Assembly (NCBI GenBank): GCA_963422735.1
Contig: OY730476.1
Coordinates: 320,001 to 384,000, forward strand
Source: Candidatus Latescibacterota bacterium
GTDB lineage: Bacteria; Latescibacterota; UBA2968; UBA8231
Direction of reading: 5' to 3'
Length of the DNA: 64,000 nucleotides
Shown here: positions 59,762-64,000 of the stretch, piece after piece
How positions within the stretch are numbered: position 1 is the first letter of the stretch
Layout of the letters: each line of letters begins with the position of its first letter
The notes under the pieces: model-generated
What the model was told of the DNA's origin: nothing
The model's input: the letters and a program-made list of their open reading frames with translations, nothing else
Databases searched by the model: none
Made by a program: the position numbers and the translations under genes

Positions 59762-61444
59762 ATGGCAAAATACGCGCACAACGGAGTGCCAGCCGCGGCC
59801 GGTCGCGGGCAGCAGATCGGGGTGATTACCAAAGGCTCGCTGGTCGAGGGGCTGGAGATGAAGCTGGACCCCGAGCAGAACGTCGAGGACATGAAGGCCG
59901 GCAAATTCGTGGTCATCGAGGGCGACAAAAACGACTTCTTCTCCATGGTCACCGACATGCGCCTCGACGCGAATAACCAAGAGATTCTCCTGCATCCCCC
60001 GAGCCAAGAAGACGCGCTCTTGCGCCAAGTGCTCGCCGGCACCAGCACGTACAACATCGTCTCGCTGCGGCCCATGCTGATGATGCTCAAGAATGCAGCG
60101 GCCGAAGAAGGCCCGCGTCCGGTTAAGGCCATTCCGAGTCACTTCTCCGAGGTGCAAGAGGCCATGGCCGACGATGTGGCCAAGATATTCGGCTGCGAGG
60201 GCGACGCCGAGGGCCGCTACTTCAGCATCGGCCACCCGCTCGACATGGACACCCAAGTTTGCCTCGACATGATCCGCTTTGCCGAGCGCTCCAACGGCAT
60301 CTTCGGCAAGACCGGCACGGGCAAGTCCTTCCTGACGCGGCTGGTGCTGTGCGGGCTGATTCACTTCGACAAGGCCGTCAACCTGATCTTCGACATGCAC
60401 AACGAGTACGGGTTCAAGGCCATGAAGGAAAACGGCTCCACCACGACCTTCGTCAAGGGCCTCAAGCAGCTTTTCGGCGAGCGGGTGGCGATTTTTTCCT
60501 TAGACCCCCAATCGACCCGCGCCCGCGGCGTGCAGCCGGATCACGAGGTCTATATCTCCTACGACCAGATCACCGTCGAAGACATTGCCCCGCTGCAAGA
60601 CGAGCTCAAGCTCAACCCCACGGCCGTGGAGTCGGCCTACTTGGTGTACGCGATTTACAAGGAGCGCTGGCTGAGCACGCTCTTGAAATTGGAAGGCCCG
60701 GATGTGGAGGATTTTGCCCGCGAGATCGGCGCGAATGCCGGGTCTTTAGTGGCCCTGCATCGCAAGCTCAAACGGCTCGAAAACTTTCCCTTTATGGTCT
60801 CCAAACTCCGGGGCGGCGACGTGGTGGACCGCATCATGGAATACCTCGACAAAGGCATCAACGTGGTGCTGGAGTTCGGGCAGCAGACGAGTATGCTGTG
60901 CTATTTGCTAGTGGCCAACATCATCGCGCGGCGCATCCACGAGATGTACGTCAAAAAGAGCGAGCGCTTCTACGCCACCCAGTGCCCTGAAGACCAGCCG
61001 CGGCAGCTAATGATCACCATTGAGGAAGCGCACAAATTCCTCAACCCCATAGCGGCTAAGCAGACCATCTTCGGCACTATTGCCCGCGAGATGCGTAAGT
61101 ACTATGTCTCGCTGTTGGTAGTAGATCAGCGGCCGTCGAGCATTGACGACGAGGTGTTGTCCCAGATCGGTACGCGCATCACGGCCCTACTCAACGACGA
61201 AAAGGATATTCAAGCGGTACTCACTGGTGTCAGCGGCACTGAAGGGCTGCGTAGTGTGCTGGCCAGCCTAGACTCCAAGCAGCAGGCCCTGATCCTCGGC
61301 CATGCCGTCCCCATGCCGGTAGTGATCAAGACCCGCGACTACGATACCCAATTCTACAGCGCGATGGGCTGCATGGACGATCTGCCTGCCGAGGAGCGGC
61401 GGGAGAAGGTGGAGCGGGATGTGGCGGCGTTGTTTGGGGAGTAG
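59762..61444 (+). CDS. herA: HerA helicase/translocase ATPase
   Basis: N-terminal HAS, GKTGTGKS, FDMHNEYG, IEEAHKF, IAREMRKY, DQRPS. Confidence 0.9.
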   Translation: MAKYAHNGVPAAAGRGQQIGVITKGSLVEGLEMKLDPEQNVEDMKAGKFVVIEGDKNDFFSMVTDMRLDANNQEILLHPPSQEDALLRQVLAGTSTYNIVSLRPMLMMLKNAAAEEGPRPVKAIPSHFSEVQEAMADDVAKIFGCEGDAEGRYFSIGHPLDMDTQVCLDMIRFAERSNGIFGKTGTGKSFLTRLVLCGLIHFDKAVNLIFDMHNEYGFKAMKENGSTTTFVKGLKQLFGERVAIFSLDPQSTRARGVQPDHEVYISYDQITVEDIAPLQDELKLNPTAVESAYLVYAIYKERWLSTLLKLEGPDVEDFAREIGANAGSLVALHRKLKRLENFPFMVSKLRGGDVVDRIMEYLDKGINVVLEFGQQTSMLCYLLVANIIARRIHEMYVKKSERFYATQCPEDQPRQLMITIEEAHKFLNPIAAKQTIFGTIAREMRKYYVSLLVVDQRPSSIDDEVLSQIGTRITALLNDEKDIQAVLTGVSGTEGLRSVLASLDSKQQALILGHAVPMPVVIKTRDYDTQFYSAMGCMDDLPAEERREKVERDVAALFGE

Positions 61445-61455
61445 GGAGGTGTGCG

Positions 61456-62150
61456 ATGGAGACGTATTCGAACGGACAAGACATCATCTACCACGGCGAT
61501 GCGGTCTGTGTTCTGTGTTCTGGAGTCAGAGCGGATTCCCGAGGACAGCATTGACCTGATATTCGCCGATCCGCCGTACAATATTGGCAAGAACTTCAAC
61601 GGGCGACGCGACAAATGGCCCGAAAAGGCGTACTGCGCGTGGGTATCATAAGCTCAAGCCGACCGGTAGCCTGTACTTAATGTGTGCCACGCAGTGTTTT
61701 GCGCCGTTTGATTTGCTCTTGCGCCAACGCCTGACTATTCTCTCGCGGATTGTCTGGCACTACGACAGCTCCGGTGTGCAAGCCAAGCGATACTTTGGTT
61801 CCCTTTGGGAGCCGATATTTCACTGTGTGAGAGATCCCAAGCACTATACCTTCAATGCAGACGACATCCTCGTCGAAGCCAAAACTGGGGCGCAGCGCAA
61901 ACTAATCGACTATCGCAAACCGGTGCCTACCCAATACAATTAGTTCAAACCCTGGAGACATCGTCCTCGATCCGTTCGCCGGAACATTTACTGCAGCTCG
62001 CGCTGCCGCCAATCTCAACCGTAGAAGCACGAGTATTGAGATTGACGAGGATTACCTGAAAATTGGACTTAGACGACTTGAACTGGCTGCCGAGTACAAG
62101 GGAGAGGTTTACACCGGCCGCTGAAGTCCTACGAAGACGGGTATTCCAGC
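61456..62150 (+). pseudogene. yhdJ: Degraded beta-class N6-adenine DNA methyltransferase, YhdJ-like
   Basis: DLIFADPPYNIGKNF, RIVWHYDSSGVQAK, PGDIVLDPFAGTFT in different frames; deletions and frameshifts; end approximate. Confidence 0.75.
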
Positions 62151-63311
62151 GAATTACCTCCAAAATCATTGAGGAAGTAGAGCGCGAATTTAACGGGCTT
62201 GGAAGGGCTATCTTTGAATTAAGTCCACTTCTTCAGTATATCAAGAAAAAGACGAAATTTGCTAACAGAGGTTCAAAAGCACGGAGCAGTTTTTTACGCC
62301 CTTTATGTCCTGATCAAAGACTACGTGACCAAGGAATATCTCGAAAAGGGCGACTATGCAGAGTATGAAGGAGTCGATTTTACCCCACTATTGCGCCGGA
62401 TGCGCGAACTTCCCTTCGGGTCGAGCTCAATAATCGTGCAAATGACGAATTCCACAAGTATTTTCCCGAAGAAGATCGACGCCCAATACTCAGAGACGTT
62501 TCGAATCGAAAGTATTGGATCAATGAGGCATTATTAACGGCCTTAATGGGAGAGCACAAATACAGCCTTGCTCAGGTAATACTTCGAATCATTGACCTTT
62601 ACATTGAAACTAAGCGCGAATCGTTTTCTCAGTTTATTGAAGACTGCGAACGACTGCAGGAAGCAAACGAGAAAGGGAATGATGAAGCAGCAGAATTTAT
62701 CAGATCGCTGTTGTCTCCGGAGAGAGACGCCAGACTTTTTGAAATAGTGAGCTATGCTGTCCTCAAAGCTCACTTTTCGACAGAAATCATCTTTATCGAA
62801 AAAACTCGCTATAGTATCGAAGAAGAAGCCCTGAGTTTGTTTAAGACAGGACGGACTAATGCTAATGATGGTGGCATTGATTTCGTGATGAAGCCGCTAG
62901 GCAGGTTTTTTCAAGTTACGGAAGCTCTCGACGTAAAAAAATATTTCTTGGATATCGACAAGGTCGAGAGGTATCCAATTTCGTTTGTTATTTAAGACTA
63001 CGCTTGAGATCGATGAAATTCGGTTGCGCTTAGAAGATGGTGCTAAAGAGCAATACGGAGTGCGTGAGATTGTGCGGCGATACATGGCTGCTATAGAAGA
63101 GATTTTTAATATTCCCAAAGTGGTCGGGATCTTTAATATCTTAGCGGATCAAGGTCGAGTCTTTGAGGTGCTAGACGAAATAATCCGCTGGAGCAAAAAG
63201 GCAACCTTGCTTCTTCTGAAAGTGTCGCTGACGAAGACGAGGATACCGACGATTGAAAGGCTAAGGTTGTTGGGGAACAGGGGAGGATTTTCAGGCCGCT
63301 TACTTGAGTAA
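62150..63311 (+). pseudogene. Fragmented putative type II restriction endonuclease
   Basis: Lower-GC fragments following the MTase; TGRTNANDGGIDFVMKPLGRFFQVTE; several frameshifts; boundaries approximate. Confidence 0.6.
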
Positions 63312-63538
63312 CAGCGTCCCGATGGTGGAAATCCAACTGGCCAAGACGACGCCGAGCGTCCAGTGAAATTTGGTGTTCATTTCCTTGGCGTAGTTGGTTG
63401 GTCTGAGAGTCGGTCTTTGGGTCCAAGGTGTCGAATCGGGAGTCGGTACATGCAATGGCATCCGGGTGCTCCGAGTCGGCCGCCGGGTACTTGATGGCCG
63501 AGAGGCCGAGAGGTTGCCTTCGATGATTCGTACAAAGT

Positions 63539-63570
63539 GGAGGGGGCGTAGCTCAATCCACGCCCCCTCC
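63539..63570 (-). terminator. Hairpin downstream of the ABC ATPase gene
   Basis: GGAGGGGGCGT-N10-ACGCCCCCTCC, perfect 11-bp stem 5 bp from the stop codon. Confidence 0.55.
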
Positions 63571-63575
63571 TCCCC

Positions 63576-63998
63576 CTAGGCTGCTGGCAGGACGGGCCGT
63601 TCGACGTATTCGACGTAGAGTTGCTCCAAGTCGGCTTCTTGGAACTCGTCGCGGGTGAGCGTCTTGACCAGATGGCCCTCGACCATGATGCCGAGCCGGT
63701 CGGCGATCACGCGTGCGCGGAACACGTCGTGGGTGGTCATCCAAATGGCCTTGCCTTCGTGGCGCAGCTCATCCAATAGCTCCAAAAACTCGGCCCCAGA
63801 CTTGGGATCGAGACCCGAGGTCGGCTCGTCGAGCAGCACGATGCGGGCGTCTTTGGCGATGGCAATGGCAATGCCTAGCTTCTGGCGCATCCCCTTGGAA
63901 AACTCCTTGACCCGTCGGTCAAACGCCTCCTCTTGCAAGCCCACGCGTGCCATGATCGAGTCGTAGTGCGCGGCGTCTTGGGACGGCTGGCCGCTCAA
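63576..63998 (-). CDS. ABC transporter ATP-binding protein (partial, runs off the window)
   Basis: FSKGMRQK, LLDEPTSGLDP, TTHD. Confidence 0.9.
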   Translation of the reverse strand: MSGQPSQDAAHYDSIMARVGLQEEAFDRRVKEFSKGMRQKLGIAIAIAKDARIVLLDEPTSGLDPKSGAEFLELLDELRHEGKAIWMTTHDVFRARVIADRLGIMVEGHLVKTLTRDEFQEADLEQLYVEYVERPVLPAA

Positions 63999-64000
63999 GC

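Noticed and set aside
63539-63570. tRNA gene suggested by GGGGCGTAGCTCAAT
   Set aside because: No anticodon arm or T-loop follows; the sequence closes as a simple hairpin.

Overview
GC-rich bacterial window. FlgD/T9SS-like C-terminal domains, TPR, DUF4159 and AAA-ATPase genes suggest an FCB-related lineage such as Latescibacterota (inference). The left arm (1-19.1 kb) has enolase-family, aldolase and aminotransferase genes, HU/IHF, an MbnP/MbnH-like pair, a sigma54 two-component system, speD and a MacAB-type exporter. The right arm (45-64 kb) has surface and TPR proteins, an HATPase/STAS-wHTH pair, nurA-HAS-herA and a decayed type II R-M system. The centre (about 19.3-44.9 kb) holds an apparently undescribed secreted Cys-rich peptide system. 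Three 90-93 aa precursors share a nearly identical 44-aa leader (..ARQG|LGLGWVISAL..AEA) and have hypervariable 8-Cys cores. Each has its own sigma54 -24/-12 promoter with tandem ATACG-N6-CGTAT sites and is followed by a hairpin and an FG-GAP/FlgD protein. One shared operon encodes a CxxC/FMN-binding protein, an archaeal-type A24 prepilin peptidase, two TlpA-like thioredoxins, a TPR protein, a glycosyltransferase-transglutaminase fusion, a GT2 and a DUF4159 protein. A beta-propeller/sigma54 activator fusion is the likely regulator. Gene remnants record tandem cassette expansion and an operon duplication followed by deletion. All family assignments are from motif recognition only; no searches were run.
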